A stretch of DNA of 64,000 nucleotides. Source: an uncultured Acholeplasmataceae bacterium (lineage in GTDB: Bacteria; Bacillota_I; Bacilli_A; Acholeplasmatales; UBA5453). The stretch lies in assembly GCA_964649865.1 (NCBI GenBank), contig CAZYSQ010000001.1, positions 13,849-77,848 of the forward strand, written 5' to 3'. Positions 27,322-36,341 of the stretch are shown one piece after another. The translations under genes were made by a program, and so were the position numbers. The notes under the pieces are model-generated. The model was not told the origin of the DNA and did not search any database. It saw only the letters and a list, made by a program, of their open reading frames with translations. The first letter of the stretch is position 1. The number at the start of each line of letters is the position of its first letter.

Positions 27322-27933
27322 GTGACTGAACCACTCGTCGCGATCATCGACGCGGAAACCACCGGCCTCGACCCGTCCGCCGGCCACGAAGCGTGGGAGT
27401 GGGGTCTGATCCTCCGTGACCCGGCCGCGCCGCCGCATGAGCGAGATGTGGAGTACCTGTGGCAGGTCCGTCCCGACTTGACCCGCGCGGACCCGTTGGC
27501 ACTGTCGAAGGGCGGCTACTACCGGCGTGCCCGGTTGAACGACCACGAGCCCGGTGCCGCTGAGCTGGTGGAGGGGCCGCCATCGGCGAAGGTCGGCAGC
27601 GCCCGCGCGTTGGCGTTCCTGCTCGCCCCGCTGCTGGACGGCGCGGTCGTGGTCGGCTGCAACCCGGCGTTCGACAGGGACTTCCTGCGCCCGTTCCTCC
27701 ACCGCCACGGGCAGGCGTACACGTGCCACTACCGGCCCCTGTGCGTCACCACCATGGGGGCCGGCTACCTGTACGGGCAGGGCTTCTCGCCTGGGGATCT
27801 GCCGTGGAGCAGCGACCGCGTCGCCGACCTGCTTGGTCTCGACGTCAGCGACTACGACCGACACACCGCCCTCCATGATTGCCGCTTCGCCCGAGACCAG
27901 TGGGACGCCATCACCGGAGGCGGCAATGGGTGA
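27322..27933 (+). CDS. DEDDh 3'-5' exonuclease (DnaQ-like)
   Basis: ExoI IIDAETTGL, ExoII GCNPAFDRDFL, ExoIII HTALHDC. GTG 27322 follows an AGGGGG SD. Confidence 0.85.
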   Translation: MTEPLVAIIDAETTGLDPSAGHEAWEWGLILRDPAAPPHERDVEYLWQVRPDLTRADPLALSKGGYYRRARLNDHEPGAAELVEGPPSAKVGSARALAFLLAPLLDGAVVVGCNPAFDRDFLRPFLHRHGQAYTCHYRPLCVTTMGAGYLYGQGFSPGDLPWSSDRVADLLGLDVSDYDRHTALHDCRFARDQWDAITGGGNG

Positions 27934-28210
27934 GTCTCCGCACCAGGTCATCGCTGACCGGGTCCGCGCCGATGTGCAACTCCGTCTCGGCCCGAACGCC
28001 CTCACGATCGCGATGCTTGAGAAGCCCGTGAACCTGTCCGGTGGGGAGGCTGACGCGATCGCAGATGCCGCGCTCGCCGGCCTGGACGCGGCCGGGCAGG
28101 TTGTGGTGGCCCGCGCCGACCTGGTCGCCTACCTCAACCACGGAACCGGTGACCTCGATGACGAGGTCGACGCCCTGAACCGTCTACTCGCTGCAGCAGG
28201 AATCGAGTAA
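27926..28210 (+). CDS. hypothetical protein
   Basis: ATG 27926 overlaps the exonuclease stop by 8 nt. Confidence 0.5.
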   Translation: MGESPHQVIADRVRADVQLRLGPNALTIAMLEKPVNLSGGEADAIADAALAGLDAAGQVVVARADLVAYLNHGTGDLDDEVDALNRLLAAAGIE

Positions 28211-28215
28211 CCCCC

Positions 28216-28833
28216 ATGACCGATCTGACGAAGTGGCCCCGCCTCATCGTCGCCGGTGACCCCGTCACCCGCGAGCAAGCCAACGACATTCTCATCCGCA
28301 CCAACGACCGCTACCTGTTCACCAACGACTCCGCCTGGGAGCAGGCCGTCACCGACATGTACGGCATCGCCACGGGCAAGTACGGGCCGGACTACCAGTC
28401 CGCCAAGACCGTGTTCGACAGGCTCGGTGTGCTGAACCTGCACTACCTCACCAACGCGCGGATCATGTCGTCGTGGATCGGTGGACCGCACGGCTGGTGC
28501 GACTGGGACGGCCGGATCGGCTGCAACACCCACAACATCGGCAAGTGGCCCACCGTCGAGGAAGTCCAGGAAGACCTCGATCAGATCGCCGCCGCATGGC
28601 CGTTCCTGCGGATGCAGGCCCAGCTCGTCACCGATGAGGGCGAGGGCCATCTCGCGGCGATGTGGGTGGTGCAGTCCGGGACTGCGACGTTCGTGGAGCC
28701 GGGCGAGCCGATGCCGACTGCTGACCTGACCGAGACCCAGATCCTGGACCGGCTCTTGACCGGTCGTCTCAGCGAGCGGGGTGTGCCCCTCGATCGGCTC
28801 CGTGAGGCGGTCGCGCAGGTGGCTGGGAGCTGA
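28216..28833 (+). CDS. hypothetical protein (205 aa)
   Basis: ORF track. Balanced composition, no motif recognised. Confidence 0.6.
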   Translation: MTDLTKWPRLIVAGDPVTREQANDILIRTNDRYLFTNDSAWEQAVTDMYGIATGKYGPDYQSAKTVFDRLGVLNLHYLTNARIMSSWIGGPHGWCDWDGRIGCNTHNIGKWPTVEEVQEDLDQIAAAWPFLRMQAQLVTDEGEGHLAAMWVVQSGTATFVEPGEPMPTADLTETQILDRLLTGRLSERGVPLDRLREAVAQVAGS

Positions 28834-28839
28834 CCGGTC

Positions 28840-29085
28840 GTGGCGTCGCTGCTGATCATCCGCCGTGGCCGGGATGTCATCGGCCAGTGCGACGAGCTCT
28901 GCTACGACGCCAAACACCCCAAGTGCGTGTGCCGCGCCTGCGGCGGGACCAACCACGGCATCGGCTACCAGGCCGCGGTAGAGAACACGCGCCGGCTGGT
29001 AGCCGCCTGGGACGACCCCGGCGAGATAGAACTCGCCGACGACGTCCAGAACTTCACCCTCTTCCTCCTCCCGGAGACGAGATGA
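28840..29085 (+). CDS. Cys-rich small protein
   Basis: CDELCYDAKHPKCVCRACGG. Confidence 0.5.
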   Translation: MASLLIIRRGRDVIGQCDELCYDAKHPKCVCRACGGTNHGIGYQAAVENTRRLVAAWDDPGEIELADDVQNFTLFLLPETR

Positions 29086-29687
29086 CGACCACAGACACCG
29101 AGACCACCCACCACGACACCATTGTCTTCATCCTGGCCCACCATGACGGGGGCCCACGTGTCGCCGTCTACAACCGGTCGAGCGGCGCGCTGACTCTCTA
29201 CCGTGACGGTCTCGTGGGAATGCGGCACGCCATGTGCGACCGGAAGCACTACGCGGCGACTAGGCGCTACATCGGCGCGCCCGTTGAGGAGGTCGTCGAG
29301 CGGGTCACCCGATGGGGACCCATCGTCAGCCAGCGGGCGATAGACGAGTGGTCGCTGCCGGACGACGAGTATTCAGCGCTGCTGCGCGGGGTCGAGCCCA
29401 GTGGGCGCCGGGAAACCGTGGCCGAGACCCCGGCTGCGCCGGCACCTGAAGCCGACTGGCCCATCAAGTGGAAGCGTGGCGTCCCCCCGGCGATGAGTCG
29501 TCCGCGAGTGCGTTACTACGAGACCCGAAGGTGCGGAGAGGCCACCTACCGGGTGGGTGGGAGCGCGGGCCGCTGGTTTGTGGCCCAGGTCAGTTCCAGT
29601 GCCATCTACCGGACTCCTTACGTGCGGAGCCACCAGCGCGCCCGCGATCTGTTCGATCGACTCACCTCCACGGAAGGGCAGGAGTAG
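29082..29687 (+). CDS. hypothetical protein
   Basis: ATG 29082 forms ATGA with the upstream stop. Confidence 0.55.
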   Translation: MTTTDTETTHHDTIVFILAHHDGGPRVAVYNRSSGALTLYRDGLVGMRHAMCDRKHYAATRRYIGAPVEEVVERVTRWGPIVSQRAIDEWSLPDDEYSALLRGVEPSGRRETVAETPAAPAPEADWPIKWKRGVPPAMSRPRVRYYETRRCGEATYRVGGSAGRWFVAQVSSSAIYRTPYVRSHQRARDLFDRLTSTEGQE

Positions 29688-29689
29688 GC

Positions 29690-29920
29690 ATGTCGACCAC
29701 CAGCAACCCGAACCCCCTAGCCGAGGAGCAGCACACCGACCCCCGGTTCAACCTCGGGCTCGTCTACGACATCACCCAGGTGCTGGAACAGCACGGATAC
29801 CGGACGCCCGAGCCGGGTCCGGACGGTGACGAGACGGCGAAGAACCGGGCGCACGGGCTGCTGCTGTCGACCTTGTCCCGGATGGTGCGGGAGTTCGAGG
29901 GCGTCACCGACGAGCCGTAA
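29690..29920 (+). CDS. hypothetical small protein (last gene of operon)
   Basis: ATG 29690. Followed by the GCCCCTGCC...GGTAGGGGC hairpin. Confidence 0.5.
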   Translation: MSTTSNPNPLAEEQHTDPRFNLGLVYDITQVLEQHGYRTPEPGPDGDETAKNRAHGLLLSTLSRMVREFEGVTDEP

Positions 29921-30089
29921 CCCACAGACTTGCCGCCGGGTGTCAAAGCCGGCCCCTGCCCCGAGACCGCGACCTTGGTAGGGGCATCGATCATGGGGGC
30001 CAGCCAAGGCCAGCTAGGGGACGGTCATGAGCGTCCCCGGTGACCTGTTCAAACCCCGTGTGGAAGCGGGGGCCTGCGCCCGGCGGCAT

Positions 30090-30413
30090 CTACTCCCCTG
30101 CCGAGCCCTTCTCACTGGCGGCTTCCCTCGCCGCCTTCGCCCAACGTCCGGTCGGGCCACCCTTCAAAATCTGCTGGATCCGAGTGAAGTGAAGGGGCTT
30201 GCCATCATGGCTGAAGCGTTCGCCGATCTGGGCGAGGGTCAGTCCTTGGCCTTTGAGTTCGCGGGCTGCGTCCTGCCTGATCTGGGCGATCTCTGCGTTG
30301 GCGTCCTTGATCGCGTCGAGGGCTTCGGTGGCGAGGGCGCCGCGCTTGCCGGGGTCTTCCACGGTGTTGAGGTCGTCGATGAGTTTCTTCAGCACGGTGG
30401 TTGGCCTCCTCAT
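30090..30413 (-). CDS. small HTH regulator (sigma region-4-like C-terminus)
   Basis: GLTLAQIGERFSHDGKPLHFTRIQQIL. Sits directly next to three palindromic operators. Confidence 0.6.
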   Translation of the reverse strand: MRRPTTVLKKLIDDLNTVEDPGKRGALATEALDAIKDANAEIAQIRQDAARELKGQGLTLAQIGERFSHDGKPLHFTRIQQILKGGPTGRWAKAAREAASEKGSAGE

Positions 30414-30423
30414 GGGGCGAGTC

Positions 30424-30494
30424 TAGAGGGTACCTCTCAAAGGATCTTGGTTGATTTAGAGGTTACCTCTTGTGATCTCTTAGAGGTTACCTCT
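30424..30494. promoter_or_regulatory. three copies of the palindromic operator TAGAGG(T/G)TACCTCT
   Basis: Copies at 30424-30437, 30457-30470 and 30481-30494. Low-GC spacer between divergent genes. Confidence 0.7.
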
Positions 30495-30537
30495 AAGGTG
30501 AAGGTGTCGGCAAGGAAGCACACAGCGGGAGCGCCAA

Positions 30538-30717
30538 GTGAACTACCAGGACATCAACCGGCAGCACCCCGAACTGGAGGACCTGGAGCCGTTCTCCGCC
30601 GAGTGGTACCGGCAGTGGCGCAAGGCGCACCTGGCCACGTACCCGAACTGCGACCGGGTGACGAGGGACAACCTCGACGTCATGGTCGCTGAAGCCGAAG
30701 CCCGAGAGACCAGCTGA
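30538..30717 (+). CDS. small protein (59 aa), not in ORF track
   Basis: Hand translation VNYQDINRQHPELEDLEPFSAEWYRQWRKAHLATYPNCDRVTRDNLDVMVAEAEARETS. High GC3. Confidence 0.4.
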   Translation: MNYQDINRQHPELEDLEPFSAEWYRQWRKAHLATYPNCDRVTRDNLDVMVAEAEARETS

Positions 30718-30755
30718 CACACCGCAGCCTGAGCAGGAGAGGACACCCGACGGTC

Positions 30756-30962
30756 ATGGACGAGCTCACCACTATCACCCACGGCGACGCCGGCTACAGC
30801 ATCACCACCGGGTACGGGTTCGTCCTTGCCGAGAACGCCACCCGCCGCGAGGCTCTCACCGCCTTGTTCCACCGCGGGTTCACGCCCCTGTCCGCCGTCA
30901 CCGCCCTCAACGCCGCCGTCCGCATCGGCCACTTCGCCGTCGCTGGCCTCCCCGCCGACTGA
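30756..30962 (+). CDS. hypothetical small protein
   Basis: ORF track. Confidence 0.5.
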   Translation: MDELTTITHGDAGYSITTGYGFVLAENATRREALTALFHRGFTPLSAVTALNAAVRIGHFAVAGLPAD

Positions 30963-30980
30963 ACCCCCCGGAGACACGCC

Positions 30981-31325
30981 ATGCGTTTCGACCTGGACGA
31001 GCCCCTGTTCCCGCCCCACCACGTTCTGCCCGGCCTCCTCGGCGCTCTGGAGATCGACGACCTGGAGCACGAGTGGAAGGCCGAGAAGATCAACGAGTGG
31101 TGCGCCGTCCGCGCGCTCACCTCCGCCGGAGACGTGGTCCGCCACGCGGTCGGCGCCAACTCCAAGGCCCCAATCGCCGCGGTCCTGGTGGTCGCCGAGT
31201 CGACGGACAGCCCCCGCGCCCGCCGGGCGCTGGACGCCTACCGGGACGCCGCGACCAAGTACGAGGGCGTGCGTGTCGCGCTGGCCGACATTCGCCGCCG
31301 GGCGTTCGTCGCACCCGCCACCTGA
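30981..31325 (+). CDS. hypothetical protein
   Basis: ORF track. Confidence 0.55.
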   Translation: MRFDLDEPLFPPHHVLPGLLGALEIDDLEHEWKAEKINEWCAVRALTSAGDVVRHAVGANSKAPIAAVLVVAESTDSPRARRALDAYRDAATKYEGVRVALADIRRRAFVAPAT

Positions 31326-31370
31326 CCCCACCCCCTTCACTACTGACCGGTCCTCTTCTTAGGAGTTCAC

Positions 31371-31628
31371 ATGCAGACCGTCACCCACCGCTCCGGCGTC
31401 ACCCGCGACGAGCACGGCAAGTTCGTCGCCCAGTTCACCCTCACCTACGAGACGACCAACACCGACGGGAAGCACACCCAGGTCCGGCGGCAGCTGCCCG
31501 CGCAGGGCGTCGAGACGGTCGGCCGGGTCATCAACCGGATGGGCGACCGCGGGGAGGCGTGGAACATCCGCGTCACCGACGCCGGCGGCCAGGACGTGAC
31601 GCAGGAGTTCGCCTGCTTCCAGGACTGA
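31371..31628 (+). CDS. hypothetical protein
   Basis: ORF track, with an AGGAG SD upstream. Confidence 0.55.
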   Translation: MQTVTHRSGVTRDEHGKFVAQFTLTYETTNTDGKHTQVRRQLPAQGVETVGRVINRMGDRGEAWNIRVTDAGGQDVTQEFACFQD

Positions 31629-31701
31629 CTGCCTGTCTCGCTCTGGAACATCAGTGTCCAGGGCGGGGCAGGACGCCAGACCGGCAAGGAAGGAACCCCC
31701 A

Positions 31702-31953
31702 ATGGGCACCACCACCGCGACCCGCTGCGAGGTTGTCGACCAGATCATCGAGTGGACCGACACGGACGACACCCTGCAGATCTACGTCGGGGACCTGGTC
31801 GTGGACGACGGCCAGTTCAAGCAGATCGACTACGTCGAACTCGACGGCGAGAGCCTCGTGGGCTACTCGTTCGACGGGCACCTCGGCGTGGACTTCGCGC
31901 GCCGGACCGACCTGGTCGCGGTCCGCCGCTACATCGAGACCACCGAGGAGTAG
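31702..31953 (+). CDS. hypothetical acidic protein
   Basis: ATG 31702 follows a GGAAGGAA SD. Confidence 0.5.
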   Translation: MGTTTATRCEVVDQIIEWTDTDDTLQIYVGDLVVDDGQFKQIDYVELDGESLVGYSFDGHLGVDFARRTDLVAVRRYIETTEE

Positions 31954-31957
31954 AGCC

Positions 31958-32155
31958 ATGACGTTCAAGATGACGCCTGAGGATCTGCAGGAGGACCGGA
32001 TCGTGTCCTCCTGCCTGCGCGCCAAGGCCGCGCTTGAAGTTGCAGCTGAACTGATCAAGAAGCCTCTGCCTCACAGCACCGGCACGGTCAAGGCGCTGAA
32101 GGCGGTGCGGTCCGAACTGGACTGGTACCTGAGCGAACTGGAGAAGCAGGCATGA
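31958..32155 (+). CDS. hypothetical small helical protein
   Basis: ATG 31958 (MTFKMTPEDL...). The rest of the long ORF is junk. Confidence 0.5.
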   Translation: MTFKMTPEDLQEDRIVSSCLRAKAALEVAAELIKKPLPHSTGTVKALKAVRSELDWYLSELEKQA

Positions 32156-32544
32156 TCGACGCCAGCAGCATCGCGGACATCGTCGGCCCCGTCGCCGTCA
32201 CCGAGTTCGACAACGCCAGCGACCACTACAAGCCGGGCCTGATCACTTGGGCGCGCAGGCTGCCGACCCTCACCGACGAGCAGTTCCTCACCGAGTGCAG
32301 CCGAGCGATCTACGAGTCCGCGCTCGTCGGCCGGTTCCGCGGGAACTGGAACCACGAGCACTTCAAGGTTTCGGCGTGCCACTACGACGCCAAGCGCCGG
32401 CATGTTGCTGCCGGGCACTCGTCCGACTGCCGGGGCGGCACCCTCTACGCGCAGGGCCACGCTGCGGCGATGCGGTCCGCCGGGCATTCCCCGTCCCCGC
32501 TGGCCGAGTGCACGTGCGGAACTAAGGAGCAGGCCAATGGCTGA
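32152..32544 (+). CDS. hypothetical protein
   Basis: ORF track, ATGA coupling. Confidence 0.55.
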   Translation: MIDASSIADIVGPVAVTEFDNASDHYKPGLITWARRLPTLTDEQFLTECSRAIYESALVGRFRGNWNHEHFKVSACHYDAKRRHVAAGHSSDCRGGTLYAQGHAAAMRSAGHSPSPLAECTCGTKEQANG

Positions 32545-32788
32545 CAAGTACGCGCCCAAGGCCACTCCGCCGACCGCGCAGGAACAGGCCGCTGAGATCC
32601 TCCAAGCCCGGCTGTCCTGGCGTGACGCTGAACGGTACGCCGTCGAACTCGACGAAGCGGGAGCGCTGGACTCTGGGGACGAGGTGGTGGGAGTCGCTGT
32701 GCTGACCGCGCACATGCCCCGCACCCGGGCCGAAGCGCTCATCAGGGACCTGCGCATGTACGGAGCGATGGAGAAGACCGATGGCTGA
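32537..32788 (+). CDS. hypothetical protein
   Basis: ATG 32537 follows an AAGGAG SD. Confidence 0.5.
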   Translation: MADKYAPKATPPTAQEQAAEILQARLSWRDAERYAVELDEAGALDSGDEVVGVAVLTAHMPRTRAEALIRDLRMYGAMEKTDG

Positions 32789-33032
32789 CAGGACGCTGAA
32801 GGCCGGCGCCCCGGTGGTCGTTGTCGAGCACGACGAGGCCACACGGATGCCGCTCGAAGGGGGCCGTCGGCTCCCCGGCCGCGTCGTCAAGACGGAAGGG
32901 ATCTACATCCAGGTCGACTACGACGACCGCGCCGTCAACGGTGGCCGCACCGACGTGTTCTACGCGGAGTCGTGGTGGAGGGCATGGGACGGCGCCATGC
33001 GCTGGCGACTGACCACCGAGGAGAAGCCGTGA
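32781..33032 (+). CDS. hypothetical protein
   Basis: ORF track. Confidence 0.5.
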   Translation: MADRTLKAGAPVVVVEHDEATRMPLEGGRRLPGRVVKTEGIYIQVDYDDRAVNGGRTDVFYAESWWRAWDGAMRWRLTTEEKP

Positions 33033-33211
33033 AGGTCGACAAGGCCCCGTGCTGGCACTGCCGCCGCATGTTCGAGCCGTGGACGAACGAGAAGTTCTGT
33101 TCCGACAAGTGCACCGCCGCCTACGATCCGGACCGCGCTGCGGAACGCCTCCGAGACGCGATGATCGATGGCCTCGTTGAGGAAGCTTTCCGCGAAGCCG
33201 GAGAGACGTAA
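33029..33211 (+). CDS. small zinc-ribbon-like protein
   Basis: GTG 33029 forms GTGA. CWHCRR...CSDKC. Confidence 0.45.
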   Translation: MKVDKAPCWHCRRMFEPWTNEKFCSDKCTAAYDPDRAAERLRDAMIDGLVEEAFREAGET

Positions 33212-33321
33212 TGAGCGGCCGCTACCCGGATTGCACGTGCTGGGCACCCGACGATGCCGAGCCCGAAGACCACGACACAGACTGCCCAGAGAACCCCGGA
33301 ACCGAAGAGGAGAGGTGAACC

Positions 33322-33510
33322 ATGGCACGCGAAGAGGTACGGATCAGCGAGCAAGAGATGGAGCGGCACTACGCCGGGCGAGAGCCGTACGAGACCGCCG
33401 CCATGCGGGCCGGTCGTGCCTACGAGGAGGCTCACCCGGAGAGGCGGGTGGTGGGGTGCCGGTCCACGAACGCTGGATTCTGGCTGCTCGTGGCGCCGCG
33501 CCCTCAGTGA
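33322..33510 (+). CDS. hypothetical small protein
   Basis: ORF track, with a GAGGAGAGG SD upstream. Confidence 0.45.
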   Translation: MAREEVRISEQEMERHYAGREPYETAAMRAGRAYEEAHPERRVVGCRSTNAGFWLLVAPRPQ

Positions 33511-33569
33511 CCCCCCATCGCCCCCGTAGCGCCCTCCTGTGCCTTCACCGGCTGGGAGGACGCTTCACG

Positions 33570-34037
33570 TCACGGACAGATCTTGTGATCCGGATCCCAC
33601 CAGATCACATAGAACACACGAGGAGACTCCTCCGACAGCACACCCCACAGCCGGCCCCTGTTCACGAGTCGGAACCGGAACAGCTCCTCGAACTCGTCCA
33701 ACTGCAGCTCAGCGAGCCGGTCCTGCGCCGTCTTCACCAGGCTCGACACCGGGATGAACTTGTGCTTCTGGCTGTCCCGCCGCTTGGAGTGTGCCCGCTG
33801 GTCCCAGATCTCCCGCCAGGTCAACCGCTCCATCTCGCAGAGGAACCGGACCAGCATCGTGCTCGTGGCCTGGTCGATCCGCCAATGCCACTCGCCGTCG
33901 TACTCGGCGTCCAGCAGCGACAGCCGCCATAAGGGGTGATGGTCGCCCTCGCCGTCATGCGCGACGCCAGCAAGGCACCGCGGCAGCGGCTTACGAACTA
34001 CGGTCGGCGAGGGCGCCCGCTTAGCCTTCTTCGCCAT
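33570..34037 (-). CDS. unknown protein downstream of the Panacea antitoxin (candidate toxin)
   Basis: Overlaps the 3' end of 34021..34488 by 17 nt. C-terminal motif FRFRLVNRGRLWGVL...VFYVIWWDPDHKICP. No family assigned. Confidence 0.6.
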   Translation of the reverse strand: MAKKAKRAPSPTVVRKPLPRCLAGVAHDGEGDHHPLWRLSLLDAEYDGEWHWRIDQATSTMLVRFLCEMERLTWREIWDQRAHSKRRDSQKHKFIPVSSLVKTAQDRLAELQLDEFEELFRFRLVNRGRLWGVLSEESPRVFYVIWWDPDHKICP

Positions 34038-34488
34038 TGGCGTCTGCGGCGGTCAGCGCATCGAAGAACTCGGCGATCTCCTCATCAGTGAGTTCTTCCT
34101 TGCTGCGCTCCATCGGGCCCACGCGGGCACGGTTGCGGGCGCTGACCCACGGGCCATCGCGGTGCGTCATCTGCGACAGCTCATGCGCCGAGTACGTCCC
34201 GAGCCCTTCGAGGACCAGGTCGACCGATTCGCGTTCCCCGCTGTCCAGCGCGGCCGGGTTGCCGGGGATGTCGCCGGCGTCGAGCTGGAACTTGCCGCGG
34301 TGCCACCGGTACAGGGCGGGGGCGACGGGCCCGTTGGCCCATGCCTCGAACCGCTCGGAGAACAGGGGGCGTTCCTCCCACGCCAGGTGGTAGCCGTAGG
34401 CGTAGAAGCACAGCTTCTGCAGCTTCATCGCCGACATCGGTCCGCGGTGTTCCAGGATGTACGCCGCTACGTCGGTGACGGTTGCCAT
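34021..34488 (-). CDS. Panacea-domain (DUF4065, SocA/GepA-like) protein, putative PanA antitoxin
   Basis: MATVTDVAAYILEHRGPMSAMKLQKLCFYAYGYHLAWEERPLFSERFEAWANGPV matches the DUF4065 core. ATG 34488 follows a GGAAGGAGG SD. Confidence 0.75.
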   Translation of the reverse strand: MATVTDVAAYILEHRGPMSAMKLQKLCFYAYGYHLAWEERPLFSERFEAWANGPVAPALYRWHRGKFQLDAGDIPGNPAALDSGERESVDLVLEGLGTYSAHELSQMTHRDGPWVSARNRARVGPMERSKEELTDEEIAEFFDALTAADANGEEG

Positions 34489-34684
34489 GTGTGTCGCCCC
34501 TCCTTCCCTCTCTGTTATTCGTACCCGTTTGCGGGAACGGATCGGCATGTCGGGTCCTTACTGGTTCGTAACGTTTTTCCGTACGGACGGCAACCCAAGG
34601 TCTACTGTTCGTTACTACACGGGTGCTGACCGTGGACACGGACGGTTAGCCAAACGAGACCAACACTTCACCCCCACCCCAGCA

Positions 34685-35014
34685 TCAGCCGTACACCTTG
34701 TAGTGCTTCTTCCGGTTCCGCCAGTTCCTCCACACCTGCCAGCACCGGACCGTCGCCCACCAGCCCCAGTAGAACGGAAGCCACATCCCGCACGTGAACA
34801 GCGTCAACGTCCAGTTGAACCCGTGGCCGCTCGCCGACATGCCGCGCTTCGCACGCACCGGGACCGGAGCCGGGGCTTGCACGTACACCACCTGCGGCGG
34901 TGGAGGCGGTGGAGGCATCGGCCCCGTGTACGGCTGCGCCGGCTGCCCGGCAGATGTCGGGGGCCACGGCCCGTCAGGGTCACTCGGGTCACGCGGCAGA
35001 GGAGGAACACCCAT
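34685..35014 (-). CDS. small membrane protein with a Pro-rich N-terminus
   Basis: PPPPPPPQ tract, then the hydrophobic/Trp-rich WTLTLFTCGMWLPFYWGWWATV. Confidence 0.55.
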   Translation of the reverse strand: MGVPPLPRDPSDPDGPWPPTSAGQPAQPYTGPMPPPPPPPQVVYVQAPAPVPVRAKRGMSASGHGFNWTLTLFTCGMWLPFYWGWWATVRCWQVWRNWRNRKKHYKVYG

Positions 35015-35234
35015 TCGCGGTCACTCTCTAACTGGAGGGGAAGACCGCCTCAGTGTCCGCCGCCCCACGCCCCAGTGCCCCGCAGACGGGCAGACACGGC
35101 CGCACCCGGACGCCATGACAACCCGTCGGCCTACAACGCGTCACCCGTCAACCAGCGTCAGGCGTAGACCCGGCTAGCGTGCCGCAACCGGACGCCCCCG
35201 TGACCCGAGGTCGGCGCACGGGCACACAACCCGC

Positions 35235-35426
35235 ATGGACCCTGAGCTAGTAGCCGGCGCCATCCACGAAGTCGAACGCCTCGCCTACCTCGCCGGCGCC
35301 GGCCCCCACACCAGCCCAGACCCCAACATCCCACCGGCCATCTACGCGCAACTCGCGCACACATGGGCCATAGTCGCCCTCGCCCGCGCCATCGTCATCC
35401 ACGCCGACCGGTACCCGCCCACCTGA
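35235..35426 (+). CDS. hypothetical small protein
   Basis: ORF track. Confidence 0.4.
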   Translation: MDPELVAGAIHEVERLAYLAGAGPHTSPDPNIPPAIYAQLAHTWAIVALARAIVIHADRYPPT

Positions 35427-35471
35427 GACCCTGAGAACACCACACGCGGCGACAGGAAGGCCCACACACGC

Positions 35472-35678
35472 ATGGCAGGCAGCGGCCCCCGGCACTACCA
35501 AGACGCCGAAGACCTCCTCCGGAAAGCCCAGTACACCAACAACGAGACCGAACGCGCCCGCTACCTCCAAGAGGCCCAGGTGCATGCGACACTCGCGCTC
35601 GTCGCCGCCACCGTCCAAGGTGGGCAGATCGGCGACAGAGAACTCCGCGACTGGCAAACGTTCGGGCTCAAGGTCTAG
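35472..35678 (+). CDS. hypothetical small helical protein
   Basis: ORF track. Confidence 0.45.
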   Translation: MAGSGPRHYQDAEDLLRKAQYTNNETERARYLQEAQVHATLALVAATVQGGQIGDRELRDWQTFGLKV

Positions 35679-36337
35679 CCGCGGGACACGGCCGGCGCCA
35701 GCAGATCAACCCGGCCGTGCTTGACCAGATACTCCACCAGCCTGAGCGGAGCCTCGGGATGCTCGTTGTGCCGGCTGTTGAACAGCGGTGAGAGCGTCCT
35801 GATTCGCTCTTCTTCCTCGGCCTCGGCCGCCTCGCGTGTCGGGAACCGCTCAACCGTCGACCGGACCGCGAAGTCCATCCATGACGAGCGCTTCACATGG
35901 GCGTACGTCCGCTCGTGCAGATTGTCGGTGATCCCGACGTACAGCAGCACGTCATCAGCGTCGTAGTAGCTGTAGAGCGCCGTGCGCGTCACAGGCGCTG
36001 CGTCGTCCCGGCCCCGCTCTCCTAGTCCCTCAGAGAGCCACTCACCCAAGGACCGGACGTCAGACTCGCGTGTGCGGTAGGCCGTCGCGCGCTCGATCCC
36101 CAGCCGCGCGGCTGCCTCAACCCGATCACAGTCCCAGAGCGCCATGCCGATGCGGATGGTCATGCGGATGTAGTCGTCGGGTTCGTCGAGGAGGATCGTC
36201 TCGATAGCGGCGAGTGTATGGCTGGCCTGATCAGCTTCGGTCTGTGGCGCCATTGGGATCGGGTCGAGCATGAGGGCCTCTTCGGGGGTCATGCGGCCTC
36301 GCCGCGCATCCTCGATCACCTGACGGATAGTCGTCAT
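35675..36337 (-). CDS. HTH + GIY-YIG nuclease domain protein
   Basis: ALYSYYDADDVLLYVGITDNLHERTYAHVK ... REAAEAEEEERIRTLSPLFN (GIY..YIG, R, E, N). Has an HTH-like segment AAARLGIERATAYR. Starts 4 nt after the HD gene stop. Confidence 0.75.
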   Translation of the reverse strand: MTTIRQVIEDARRGRMTPEEALMLDPIPMAPQTEADQASHTLAAIETILLDEPDDYIRMTIRIGMALWDCDRVEAAARLGIERATAYRTRESDVRSLGEWLSEGLGERGRDDAAPVTRTALYSYYDADDVLLYVGITDNLHERTYAHVKRSSWMDFAVRSTVERFPTREAAEAEEEERIRTLSPLFNSRHNEHPEAPLRLVEYLVKHGRVDLLAPAVSRG

Positions 36338-36341
36338 GGTC

